Below are positions 50,309-62,499 of a stretch of DNA of 64,000 nt, piece after piece (within the stretch, counting starts at the first letter, position 1; each line of letters opens with the position of its first letter). Below the pieces are notes generated by a model. It ran no database searches. It was given only the letters and a program-made list of their open reading frames with translations, and had not been told where the DNA came from. The translations under genes were made by a program, and so were the position numbers. Source of the stretch: Scyliorhinus canicula (taxonomy: Eukaryota). The stretch is from NCBI RefSeq assembly GCF_902713615.1, contig NC_052175.1, positions 7,519,941-7,583,940 on the forward strand, read 5' to 3'.

Positions 50309-50940
50309 CGGCATGGTAGCACAGTGGTTAGCACTGTGGCTTCACAGCTCCAGGGTCCCAGATTCGACTCCCGTCTGGGTTACTGTCTGTCTGGAGTCTG
50401 CACGTTACATAGAACATAGAACAGTACAGCACAGAACAGGCCCTTCGGCCCTCGATGTTGTGCCGAGCAATGATCACCCTACTTAAACCCACGGAACCCG
50501 TATCCCAACAATCCCCCCATTAACCTTACACAACGGGCAATTTAGCATGGCCAATCCACCTAACCCGCACATCTTTGGACTGTGGGAGGAAACCGGAGCA
50601 CCCGGAGGAAACCCACGCACACACGGGGAGGACGTGCAGACTCCACACAGACAGTGACCCAGCCGGGAATCGAACCTGGGACCATTGGAGCTGTGAAGCA
50701 TTGATGCTAACCACCATGCTACCGTGAGGCCCTTCTTCCCGTGTCTTCGTGGGTTTCCTCGGGGTGCTACGGTTTCCTCCCACAAGTCCCGAAAGATGTC
50801 CTGTTATGTGAATTGGACATTCTGAACTCTCTCTCTTTGTGTTCCCGAACAGGCGCCGGAATGTGGCTTTTCACAGTAACTTCATTGCAGTGTTAATTTA
50901 AGCCTACTTGTGACAATAAAGATTATTATATTATTATATT
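50309..50940 (+). mobile_element. SINE containing a nested opposite-strand young V-SINE (50407-50732)
   Basis: The host breaks at gtctgcacgtt (50406) and resumes at ttcttcccgtg (50733). Confidence 0.88.
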
Positions 50941-50994
50941 TTAAGAGGTAGGAAAATTATTCCTTGGTTTTTACCTTCAAATCATCCAGCAGAG

Positions 50995-51435
50995 GAGATT
51001 TACCAGGATGCTGCCTGGACTGGAGGGCATGACTTATGAAGAAAGCTTGAGGGAGCTTTTTTTACTGGAGCGAAGAAGGTAGAGTAGTGACATGATAGAA
51101 GTGAACAAGGTGATGAGAGATATGAATCCCTTGGATAAACAGAGAATTTTCCACGAGGTGGAAATTGCTGACACGATGGGACATAATTTTAATATGTTTG
51201 GAGGAAGGTATCGGGGAGATGTCAGAAGTCGGCTCTTAAGACAGAGTGGTGGAATGCACTAGCAGCGGAGGTGGTGGAGTCAGTGTCATTAGCGACATTT
51301 AAGCGCCTCTTGGACAGACGCGCGAATAGCAGTAAATTGAAGAGGTGTAGGTTAGATTGATCTTAGACTAGGGTAAATGATCAGCACAACATCACGGGCC
51401 GAAGGGCCTGTGCTGTGCTGCACTGTTCTATGTTC
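50995..51435 (+). mobile_element. CR1 3' end
   Basis: QRRFTRMLPGL..YEESL-like piece and gggccgaagggcctgtgctgtgctg tail. Confidence 0.75.
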
Positions 51436-51594
51436 TCTCAGATTCCATGCGGTGTTTCCCGCTCGGTGAGAACAGTGCGGTTATCAGACAGGCATCAAGG
51501 AGGGTGTGAAGGCAGGAGTGCTAATTCATTCTAAAACGTGGATAAAAATTGTTGTCTCACACAAGTCATGTTTGATATATTGATTATTCCCCAG

Positions 51595-51894
51595 TTGGCT
51601 TACCCAAACCTACCCTGACTCTGGAGCCACAATCCAGTATCATTCTACCAGGAGAGAACTATTCACTCAGCTGCCATTTCCCTCTCACGCGCTGCAGTGT
51701 GGAATTGTACACGCATTTCAAAGTCAGAGTCATGACGAAAACTGATGTGAACTACACAGCCGTCTTCAGGTTCAGTGCCACCCAAACCTCGAAAGGTCCC
51801 GGCACTTACAACTGCAAATATCAAAAGTTCTTCGAGACAAACATGACCTGGGCATATTCGCCAATCAGTGACCCTGTGCAGTTCAGTATAACAG
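51595..51894 (+). CDS. Gene 2 exon: C2-type Ig domain D1 (LILR/LRC-like), phase 1 to 1
   Basis: Acceptor attattccccAG (51593-51594), donor G|GTAATG. 300 nt encoding GLPKPTLTLEPQSSIILPGENYSLSC...GPGTYNCKYQK...WAYSPISDPVQFSIT; LPKP start and SPxSDPV end are typical of LILR/GPVI/OSCAR-type domains. Confidence 0.88.
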
Positions 51895-52756
51895 GTAATG
51901 CAAAGTTACACCTTCTATGATTGTCAATGAAACACTAAGAGTTATGGGATGTCAAATCGCAGAAGAATGCCATTAATCCCATTATTCCAGTGCTCACGTT
52001 TTTAGAGAGCCAACCAATGCAGCTCAGGCATTCTGCCCCTATTCTTTTTCAATTGCCCTGCACTTTCCACACATATGTACATACATTATTTGAAGGTTCC
52101 CATTCGATTAGCTTGGTGTATAATGTCAGACAATGTTCTGCAGATCACTCGCTGCATTGGAAAATAGGAAGGTGTCTCCTGAACAAATCCCCATCTTATT
52201 ATTTTGCCAATTGCTTTCAATCTATGTGTCCTCTGCTTCTTGACTATCCTGTCGCTGGGAAATGTTTCACGTTATTGACTACATTTTGCATGGCTGGAGT
52301 CAACACATCCCACTAGCAAACACACACACACACCATTTCTCATTAAAACCGTTCTAGACAGGGAAAACCATAGTCCCTCGAAACTCGTCATCACATTCTG
52401 CCGAGGAAGGGAGAGAATGGGGAAACCTATTTATGAAAGAGGTTTATATGTGTCACTACAGGTGTAACATTTTCTGTACTGTGAACACACTGTCAACTTA
52501 AGATGGAATAACCAGCGATTGGAAAGCAATAGCCGAGATGTTAAAACATGGTAGCCGAATGGTACAAAGATGAAAAGTTGGAATTCCCAGATGACTTGGC
52601 ATTGCACAGTCAGCTGGACATTGAGCTGAGGTCAGGACAGGTCAATCTGAGTCCAATCATGACGTCCGATGGCCTGCTTGTGCTTCTTTACAGTGCTCCC
52701 CCCCCCCTAATATTCACAGAAGTTCTCATCTGCTCCTTGTGTTCTATTTGTTACAG

Positions 52757-53056
52757 ATGAGCTTCCAAAGCCCTCAGTCTCAATAGAGCCGGCCACTGGT
52801 TTGGTAACAGTGGGGGACCGAGTTCACATTAACTGCACCACAAGCTACCCAAGCCAAATCTCCCACTTGTACAGAGAGCATGGCGGACGTTCTATCGATA
52901 CGCACAATGTCTCAGACTCAATGAGGACCATAATCTTCACGATCAAAGAGGTCGACCCAATGGATGGCGGAGCGTACAGCTGCAGTGTTTCAAAAGCCGT
53001 GTTAGGGAAAACGTATGAATCGCCCCGTAGTAATTTCGTGGAGTTCAATGTGACTG
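52757..53056 (+). CDS. Gene 2 exon: C2-type Ig domain D2, phase 1 to 1
   Basis: Acceptor ttctatttgttacAG, donor G|GTGAAT. 300 nt encoding (D)ELPKPSVSIEPATGLVTVGDRVHINC...FTIKEVDPMDGGAYSC...YESPRSNFVEFNVT. Confidence 0.92.
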
Positions 53057-54565
53057 GTGAATAATATTTCATTTCATGAATCTCTGTCCCATAATCCTCG
53101 ACCATGTCCAAATTTGGAGAGAGCATGATTCATCTTTATACTATTCGACTACTTTGGACGTCACGTTAACATCTCTGGTGTTATTAACCATTATGCGGAC
53201 AAATCAACATATGAAAATGCGAATTAGGTGCAGGAATAAGCCTCTCGGCCCCTCAAACCTGCTCTGCCACTTAATTAGGTAAAGGCTGATGGGATTTTAA
53301 CCACAGATCCATATCCAGCCTGCCCCGTTACCCTTTAGCCCCTTGTCTTTCAGAAATATGTGTATCGCCTTAAAAATATTCAAAGACATTCTTTCCACCG
53401 CCTATTGAGGAGGAGGAGGACTCCAAAGATGCATTAACCGTTGAATGGGGAAAAATAACTTCTTAAGCGCTCGACACCTTATTTGTAAATAATTCCCCAT
53501 ACTCTTGAATCTCCCCACAAGTGGAAGTATTGTTTGCACATCCGTAATTTCATGACACAAGATGGTCTGATGATTTTGCGTATATAGGCAGTGTGTTGAC
53601 ACGAAACATGAAACGTTACGTTTATGAAACTATAACGTTATAGAACGTTATCGTTCTATAGCTTATCTCGGTCACACTAACTGTTTAGATGCCTTTGTAG
53701 ACTGCTTCAATGCACGTTATCTGAGCGTCAGTTTGCTTAAGGCCTTGAATTGCCCTAGCAATGTAGTACGTATTGAGCTGTCAATGTTTTGAATGTGAAA
53801 AAAAATCTGTCTTACACTCAATCAAAATTCTCGTACTGCCAAATCAAGGCTTTTTTTTTCATTCTTAAGCATCACTATCGTCAGCCTTTTAACGTCCAAG
53901 ATTTCTGGATTCATCAACGTAGGGACAAGCCGCCTTCTCCTCCACCTAATGGACTCCTGGGGCAACATGAGCTGCGGTGCTTTATTACTCCAATTAGATA
54001 TACGTCATATTCGTATCATATTTAAACATTTATTTAACAACGTTTTCATGTACACGAACCCGACTAACACACCAAACGCCCAGAGTGCTGCTGCACACTT
54101 TTGACCAATTTGTGTAAAGATAGATTGACAAGCTTGAGAACTGGAGCAAATAAACAATGCAAACCTTATTCCAGGGATTCGATGGCTGTCCAGTGAATAT
54201 AGACTTGGTAGAAAGGGCCTCTATTCTTTGGAGTTCAATAACAAAGAGTGAATTGATGATTGAACACAGATAATATTACGTGGTATGTTTATGGGGGTCG
54301 ATTATAAAATGAGCCCTGCCTCCACCCTCCCTTTATCTGGCCGAAGAGCACAGATCAAGGGCGATGCATTGCGTGGGTGCGCGTCGGGTAACAGGCGAAC
54401 CGATCACTTAGGACTGAGGCAAGTGACGTTGACATGCACACTCTTGGACGTAGTTTTGGCAATCTTCTCTGTAATCACTCCAGAGACATTGTCCTTTGCT
54501 TCCTGTATGTATTTCCATATTTTAACAATAGTTCTCATCATCTTCTTCTGTTGTATTTGATATAG

Positions 54566-54862
54566 ATGAACTACCAAAACCCACGATTTCTGTAGAGCCG
54601 GCCACTCGTGTGTTAACGGTAGGGGAGCGAGTTAACATTAACTGCACCAGCAGCCACAGAAGCCACATCTCAAACTTGTATCGGGAACAGGGACAGCCTA
54701 CCTACAGCTATAATATGTCAGAATTCGAACGGAGTATTATCTTCACGATCAAGGAGCTCACCCCACAGGATGCCGGGGCCTACAGTTGCAGTTTTGTGAA
54801 AGCGGTAAAAGGAGCAGAATATGAGTCGCCCCGTAGTGACATCGTGACTTTCAATGTGACCG
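54566..54862 (+). CDS. Gene 2 exon: C2-type Ig domain D3, phase 1 to 1
   Basis: Acceptor ttgtatttgatatAG, donor G|GTAAGT. 297 nt encoding (D)ELPKPTISVEPATRVLTVGERVNINC...FTIKELTPQDAGAYSC...YESPRSDIVTFNVT. Confidence 0.92.
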
Positions 54863-55197
54863 GTAAGTGCTTCATTGTTGAATAAAACCCTCACCCAGAA
54901 TTCGGAGAAATCGAACATTTAGCGAGTGCACGCTGCATTTTAATAATATTTAACAACTGTTCACTGCACTTTAATATCTGTCTCGCACAAGAGTTTGCTG
55001 ACTATCTTCTCTGTGATGTTAGGCTCACTGAGTGTTTCCATCATGTTCTGTTTTTATTCTACAACCTCTGCATTACTTCTCTTCAGAACGTAAGCGGATT
55101 AAACGAAGGGTGGAATCTGGCATAATCGCCTCAGTTTCCACACCTTGAGTCAACTCCTTTAGTGCAGTGTTACCTCACCATTTACAGTATTTTTAGA

Positions 55198-55517
55198 GCA
55201 GCACGGTAGCACAAGTCATTAGCACTGTGGCTTTACAGCGCTAGGGTCCAAGGTTCAATTCCGCGCTAGGTAACTGCCTGTGCGGAGTCTGCACGTTCTG
55301 CCCGTGTCTGCGTGGGTTTCCTACGGGTGCTCCGGTTTCCTTCCACAGTCCAAAGACGTGTGGTTTAGGCGGATTGGTCATTATAAATTTCCCTTTGTGA
55401 CCAAAAACGTTTGGGAGGGGTTATTGGTTACGGGCCGAGGGTGGAAATGAGGGCTTAAGTGGGTCGGTTCGGACTCGATGGGCCGAATGGCCTCCTTCTG
55501 CACTCTATGTTCTAATG
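55198..55517 (+). mobile_element. V-SINE
   Basis: Head, central domain and tail. Confidence 0.85.
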
Positions 55518-55739
55518 TTTCAAACCATCTCAGTTCGCTGACACAGGAACAAGAGCCCTCCCGTCAGTCACAATCTAACAGACCCTGGTGCAAGGCGATC
55601 AGCCTATTGCAAGTTGGATTAATTCCAATTTAGTCCCATTCGTATTATCTTATTTTTAAACAATAAAGCTCCCTCTCTCTGTCACTGCCTCAGTCCACCC
55701 CTCCCATCATCTGTAATATGTATAAAATATTATAGAGTC

Positions 55740-57095
55740 ATAGATACATCGCGTTCCACAGCACCGAAAAGGCTGTCTGTGGCAGTCAAAACCACCAGCT
55801 AACGATTCGAATAACATTTCCCAGCACTTGGCCCTTAGATATGTCGCCCTGGCAACGTAAGTGTACATGTACATACTTCTTAAACGTTATGAAGGTCCCT
55901 GTATCGACCACACTTGTACGCTGTGAGGTTCATACTCCCACAGCGATTGCTGAAAAATTATTTTTCACAGCCCCTCTAAAGTTCCTGCTTACCTCATATC
56001 GATGGCTCCTGATGATTGATCCTGCGACGAAGGGGAAATGTTTCTACCTGTCTATTCTGTCCATGACCCTCACAATTTTATACATCTCAACCATGCTGCT
56101 CAGCCCCCTCTGCTCCACGGAAAACGACCGCAATCTTGCCAATCTCTCTGCATACTTACAATTCTCCGGTCCAGGGGATACCCTGGTAATTTTACTTTGC
56201 ATCCTCTTCAGTGCCTTTTATAATGTAAATTCCAGAATTGCACACCGTACTCTAGCTGGAACCTAAAAAAAACGTTCGAGACAATTGCAGCATAACCTCA
56301 CTACTTTTAAGTCATATGCCTCGGCAAGTATACTGTACGCCTTCTTAACCGCTGCATCTACCTTCCATACTACTTGAAGGTACCAGTGCATAAGCACACT
56401 GAGGTCCTTCTGATACTCGCTGCTTCCTAGATTCCTCATTTCATTATGTATTCCTTGCCTTGTCTGCCCTGTCCAAGTGCATCTACTTACGCTTCTCCAG
56501 ACTGAATTCGATTTGCACCTGATCAACCCATCTGACCCGTCCGTCTATATGATCCTATAATCTAAGGTTGTGCTGCTCACTATTTATCACACCAACGATT
56601 TTCGTGTAATTCCCGAACCTACTGATAACCCTCCAACATTAATGTCGAAATCATTAATATAAATCATAAACAGCAAAGTCCCAATACTGATCCTGTGGGA
56701 CCCCACTGCACACAGGCTTCCAGTCAGAAAATCTCCCCTCAAACATCACATTCTGCTTCTTGCCACTCAACCAAATCCAATTCGCCAAATTTCCTTAGAT
56801 CTCATTGGCTCTTTCCTTCGCTATCAAATTCCCAAGTGGGATCTTATCAAAAGGCTTGCAGAAGTGGAGGTAGACTGCGCCAAATGATGATCTACACACC
56901 TTTTCACCTCTTCGAAAAACGCAATCACGTTGGTGCGACATGACCGCTCTTCAACGAAACTATGCTGACTGTTCTTGATTAATCCCTGCTTCACCAAACG
57001 CATATTAATTATGCTCTCAGAATTTCTTCAAATAGTTCCCCACCACTGAGGTTAGATTAACGAATCGGTCGTTGCCTGGTTTATCCATTCCTATG
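55740..57095 (-). mobile_element. Degraded CR1 3' half
   Basis: Reverse-strand RT remnants (VKKAYSIL, GTRLEF). Confidence 0.7.
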
Positions 57096-57102
57096 GATAA
57101 AC

Positions 57103-57440
57103 GGGCCTCACGGTAGCATGGTGGTTAGCATCAATGCTTCACAGCACCAGGGTCCCAGGTTCGATTCCCGGCTGGGTCACTGTCTGTATGGAGTCTGCAC
57201 GTCCTCCCTGTGTGTGCGTGGGTTTCCTCCGGGTGCTCCGGTTTCCTCCCACAGTCCAAAGATGTGCGGGTTAGGTGGATTGGCCATGCTAAATTGCCCG
57301 TAGTGTAAGGTTAATGGGGGGATTGTTGGGTTACGGGTATACGGGTTACGTGGGTTTAAGTAGGGTGATCATTGCTCGGCACAACATCGAGGGCCGAAGG
57401 GCCTGTTCTGTGCTGTACTGTTCTATGTTCGATGTTCTAT
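57103..57440 (+). mobile_element. V-SINE (HE1-like), young copy
   Basis: Nearly identical to the reverse complement of 1995-2332. Confidence 0.92.
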
Positions 57441-57685
57441 CTTCTTGAATAATGAGACAACATAGCTTCCTCCAATCCTCCAGCACCTCTCCTCTTGCCA
57501 GAGACGAATTGATGGTTCTTGCCAGTGCCCCTGATATTTCATCCTTGCCGCACTCAACAGCCAGCTATACAGTTCAGTTTGCCCTGGTTAATTGTCTTCT
57601 TTGAAACATGACAGAACACACACAACCTCATCTTTGTCTATGTCACTTCATTACATTTATCACAATCCGTCTCTCTTTTTTGTAG

Positions 57686-57827
57686 ACCCACATCAACGCT
57701 TTCATAAAACATCAACACAACCTATTCATTTAGCACCCTATCTACATCCTCTGGTCTTACACACACATTTCCATTAATGGGCCCTATTATTTACTTGGTT
57801 ATTCTATTAGCCTTAGTGTGCTTGTAA
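57686..57827 (+). pseudogene. Candidate terminal exon of gene 2: S/T stalk plus hydrophobic C-terminus (GPI-signal or TM-like), one base out of frame
   Basis: Strong acceptor ccgtctctcttttttgtAG (57684-57685). The frame from 57708 reads NINTTYSFSTLSTSSGLTHTFPLMGPIIYLVILLALVCL-stop, but a phase-1 entry reads a different frame unless one base is missing (e.g. in the AAAA run at 57706-57709). Confidence 0.4.
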
Positions 57828-57871
57828 ATTATTTTTAGGATTTTACTTCAGGTTTTTTTTCATAATCTTAA

Positions 57872-58212
57872 GGGCAGCACGGTAGCACAAAGGGCTGCAC
57901 GGTAGCACAGGTGTATAGCATTCTGGCTTCACAGCTCCAGGGTCCCAGGTTCGATTTCCTGCTGGGTCACTGTCTTTGCGGAGTCTGCACGGTCTCTCCG
58001 TGTCTGCTGGGTTTCCCCCGGGTGCTCCGGTTTCTTCCCACAGTCGAAAGACGAGCAGGTTAGGTGGATTGGCCATGTTAAATTGCCATTAGTGTTCAAA
58101 AAGGTTAGGACGGTTACGGGATGGGGTGGAAGTGATGGCATAAGTGAGTCGGTGCAGACTCGATGGGCCGAATAGCCTCCTTCTGAATTCGGTGTTCTGT
58201 GTTCTTTGTTCT
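57872..58212 (+). mobile_element. V-SINE with duplicated 5' head
   Basis: gggcagcacggtagcaca followed by gggctgcacggtagcaca. Confidence 0.85.
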
Positions 58213-58789
58213 GAACAAAATTGCAGCGCCCCCTTCTCTTTTGCCTTCTACCCAATCTTGCATGAAGTTTCCGTATCCTGAAATATTAATCTCAGAATTC
58301 TGCTCCTCTCACAACCATGTCTAAGTGACAGCAATTCAGTCATTCCCACATGTTTCCCATTAATCGAAATAAATACCATCTAATCTTGCCAAACTCCATT
58401 GTAAGTTAAGTAGTCTCGAAATTATATGCTTTCCTGACTCTCTTGAGGTCTCTTCCGCATTTGCTGTCCCTGTCCACAGGCTGATCATTCTTTCATGATC
58501 CCAGACACACTAGTGAGAATAACATATACTTGCTTGAGAAAGAATGCAACCAGAAACATCACAAGGCTGACTCCTCCAACGGGAGGGTTCTTCAGTGACG
58601 AGGATTTGTGTATATCGCTGTTATATTCAATAGGGGTTATAAGTTAAACGGAAGAAATTATGAGAGTGGGTTTGGCAACAAAACCCCTTTGACCTCTACT
58701 CACTCATCGGAACTCCCCGCCGTTTCACCACACCACCTGCAGAGTCTGCCACTAGATGGGGAGACGCGGGGGGGAGTGATGATGATGTA

Positions 58790-59345
58790 ACAAAAAGCCA
58801 GTTATATCCACTTGGAGTACTGTGAGCAGCTCTTGGCACCACGTTTTAGGATGGATAGTTTGGCCTTGGAGGGAGCGCAACGTAGTGTTTCTAAAAAATT
58901 ATACCTGGAATACAGGGTTTAAGACAAGCGATTACTCAAAATAGACCTGATTCTGCGAGAACGTATGAGTTTAAGGGATCATCTGATCGATGTACTCAAT
59001 ATATCAACGGGGAAAGTCAGGGTAGAGAAATACAAATTATCTCCACTGGTTGGTGATTCTAATACTAGGGGATAGTCGAGAAATAAGGCTTGGCCATCTA
59101 GCAGAGATGTTCGGAAGAAACTCTGCACTCAACGTTTGATCGAGGTTTCGAATTCTCTCTCACAATCAGTTGTTGAAGTTAGATCTGCCGTTCACTTTAA
59201 ATCTGAGACAGATATATTTTGTGTTCAGGAAACATATCGAAGGATATGGTCAAAAGCAAGTATGTGGCGTTAGATAATAGGTCAGCCAAGATGTCATTGA
59301 ATTGCGCGACAGTCTCGAAGGGTTGAATGGTCTATTCCTGGTCCT
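58790..59345 (+). mobile_element. Highly degraded CR1 3' end
   Basis: Remnants of HLEYCEQ..APRFR and GD.IDVL.I; CR1-type tail. Confidence 0.55.
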
Positions 59346-62300
59346 ATATTCACACAGTCTAAGTGTTATGCGATTTTGTACTGAGGCTAGGATGAAGCTT
59401 TGCACTTTAAGGGTTGTGACTATTCTCTATCACAGAGAGTTGTCGATGTTGATTCATTCAGTCGGTCAGAGATTCAAAGGTCCATCGATTATTGAGTTCT
59501 GAAGTATACACGGGAGGTTGGAGATAGCGTGGAAGCTTAGACCAATTGGACAATTCACCATGATATTCTTGAATGATGGAACGTTTAGATTAGAACGGAC
59601 TCCTTCTGTTCCAACATTTCACCTGATGCAGTTTAACATCATTATAGCACGCTTAATCCAATGGGATAGCCTAAAGTCTGTAAGTATTTTCAACTCCTGA
59701 TGTTAATCTGCATAACAAAGAATGAAGAAAGGACATTGGAGATGAGAATCAATTGGGATGTAAAACAGAGGCCAGGTCCTCCCGGTTCAACTGTTATTTT
59801 ATCACCATCGTGTTCTCATAATTTCTGATATCAAATGTATTGCTTCTCTGCCGGAGTAAAACAGGGACATGTTTGCCTTAATGAGTGCTGTGCTATTCAC
59901 CTCATTTAAATTCACGGATATTTGCATATTTTTGTTGAAAACTCACCACTATTCCTAGAATTCCCCCAATACAAAAAAGGGCCGACATTCTAAATGGTAA
60001 ACAGGGATTCTCACTCCCCAACTCCTTCGCTGGGTGCTATTCAGGTCAAACTATATTTTCAAGTTATCCCCCGGTCTAACGCACACCTTCAGGGAGGTTT
60101 TCATCTACTTACCACTTAGTAGCATCGATACTGGGTCCTACATTGCTGAGTAAGTAAAGTAGACTTTGGAATAACCAATGTTTCAGATTAAAATGTTTAA
60201 GATATTTTAATATTTTTTTCTTTTAAAAGATGCAATCACTGTCTTTACAGAAAGGTAAAACATCTGCTTGGTTGAAGGGATCTTCAGGCCCAACTTGACA
60301 AGCAATCTTCTTTTTAAAATCTGGTCTTTCGTAGTATTCGCTGGTGAGCTCGGTTGCTGTGTCCTATCTTTCCCATGTACCGAGCTTTGAGAGCTGGCTC
60401 CGCTGGCTGTCTCTGAGCTGACTATCAGCTGACTCTGACTCCTCTTTAAATTATTGTCTTCCTTCGATCTATTAGCTGTTTTAGCTCGGCTACTTGGCTC
60501 TGTCCCTTTCGCATGACCAAGCTGACTGTGAGCTGACTCTGCTTGCTTCTCGTCTTCCTTCTCTGCCTCTCCCTCTCTCTCACTCTCTCTCCCTCTAGTT
60601 CCGGTAGTTCCTGCTCTTGTCTCTGGTTTATATTCTCTTTCTAACGGTTATTAAGTTTTTATGATTTTATTGTAAAGTAACTTTTATTTCACTTGGATTG
60701 AAAAAGGTACCTTTAATCTGAATGTTTCTCACATGACTAAGTATTCATTTTGAGAATGGCCTCAGCCCTCAGGTATCTGGTTACATTGTTACCTTTGTGA
60801 TGTTCAAAGTTCCTTTGTGATATTCAAAAATGCTTTGGTGTCAATAGGGCTGTGAATTTTGGTTTTGTTCCTGCCATTTCTATAGTTTTCTTTTCCAAAC
60901 GTGTCCCCAGCTCATGATTTTGACTTTGATTTTAGCTTTAAATTATGTTTTTCGGAGGCTGATAGTCTCCCGTTTTCTTTAATGTACCTGATATCGGCAG
61001 AACCTCTCACCTATATATTTGTCTCCCTAGTCATTTTTGTCTGTCTGCTGATTTTACTTCAATGAAGATGTGAATCATTGTTTTTACCGTAATGCTAAAA
61101 ATCCACTTGGTTATAACTTGAAAGGTTTATATTTATCACTCATTTATTAGCTCAACTGAAACCCTCACTCATGTTTTTCCAGATGCTTACTAAGATAGTT
61201 GCTTGCAATGAAGGTGTGAACCATTGTTTTTTGCTTCATACAAAAACCCTGTGTGTTTGCTAAGCCTGTTTGGAAGAAGGATTCTGCATTTTGTAATCCT
61301 ACTCTTTGGAGCTGCTGTTGACCCTTCGTGGGACCTTTCCCTGTATCCTCTCATGTTTCTCTTAGATCAGGTATTGTCAGACTTCCATGTTTCAAATGAC
61401 ACATCTTTCCATATTATCAATTACAATATCTATAGCGCGTTTCACAACGGGATGCCAACTAAAAAAAACTGTGATCAGTCAGAGCAGCACACGTGATGGT
61501 CAATGTGTGCGCAGAAAGGTGACACAATCGGAAGACAGGAGATCACGTCCCTCGTGACTTAAATAAACTTACTAGCTCGAGAAGACACGACAACAGACGA
61601 AATAAAAGTCGGAGTGGACCATTCAGCCCGTCAAGCCCGCTGCCCCATTCAGCGTATCCCCGATGCTTGTTAAAATGTAGTACTCATTATCTCGACCGAA
61701 TATTCGGTTCCTCTAAGGTAGATAACCCTCAGTGTTTTTCTTCCAATGGTGGCTATATGAAATTCTATCTTGACCTCGGTGGGCACGCAGGTCGTCATGT
61801 TCAAATTGTCATCCCAACACAAAGTGCTACCCACTGTGGGGCGGGTAGGATGGATGTTGCCGTCCCCATCGATTATGGGGCTCATGAGACGGAGTTTATA
61901 GTCTTCCGCCGCATGTGAAGTCCCAACTGAATAATCCCACTCGTGGGAGTGTCGGCCTGGATTACAGGTCTCACATTATAGAGTGAATGTCTGTCGCCCA
62001 GAAACTTTAGGGTTCTCCGGTGGTGTCACCCGGGGCATTGTCAGTTTTCGCTGTGAAGTATTAATTCGTAGAGTACATGCATATGTGTCCCACAGTACAG
62101 CAGTACGTCAGTGCTGGCACCAGGGGGACTGGATTATTCGGCCATTCCACAAGACTGGCACATGGGAGTATCGACCTGAATTATAGGGTTTTGGTCCAGG
62201 CTGACGCAAAAGTAAACGACTGCAGATGCTGAAACTTTATATTTACAGCTGAAAATGGCGGTAAAACGCAACGGGTCTGGCAGCGTCTGCACAGAACCAC

Positions 62301-62499
62301 GCAGCTTCAATGTTTAACGCAAGTATGAACCTTCTTCAGGTCTGAGAGAGGGAGAAATATTACGGATGTTATATTGTAGAAAATGACTTGGAGCAGATGG
62401 GGCAATTTAGAATTTAGCGAATAGGTGGGGATGAGGATGACCTGACAAACATAGGCACAGGCGACGCACATATTAGTTATAGCTTCTAGTATTAACGTA

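Noticed and set aside
60120-61496. Small plus-strand exon candidates (60120-60149, 60230-60254, 61436-61496) as the tail of gene 2
   Set aside because: The splice sites are plausible, but the joined peptide has no TM or signalling motif and the phases can be fitted several ways.
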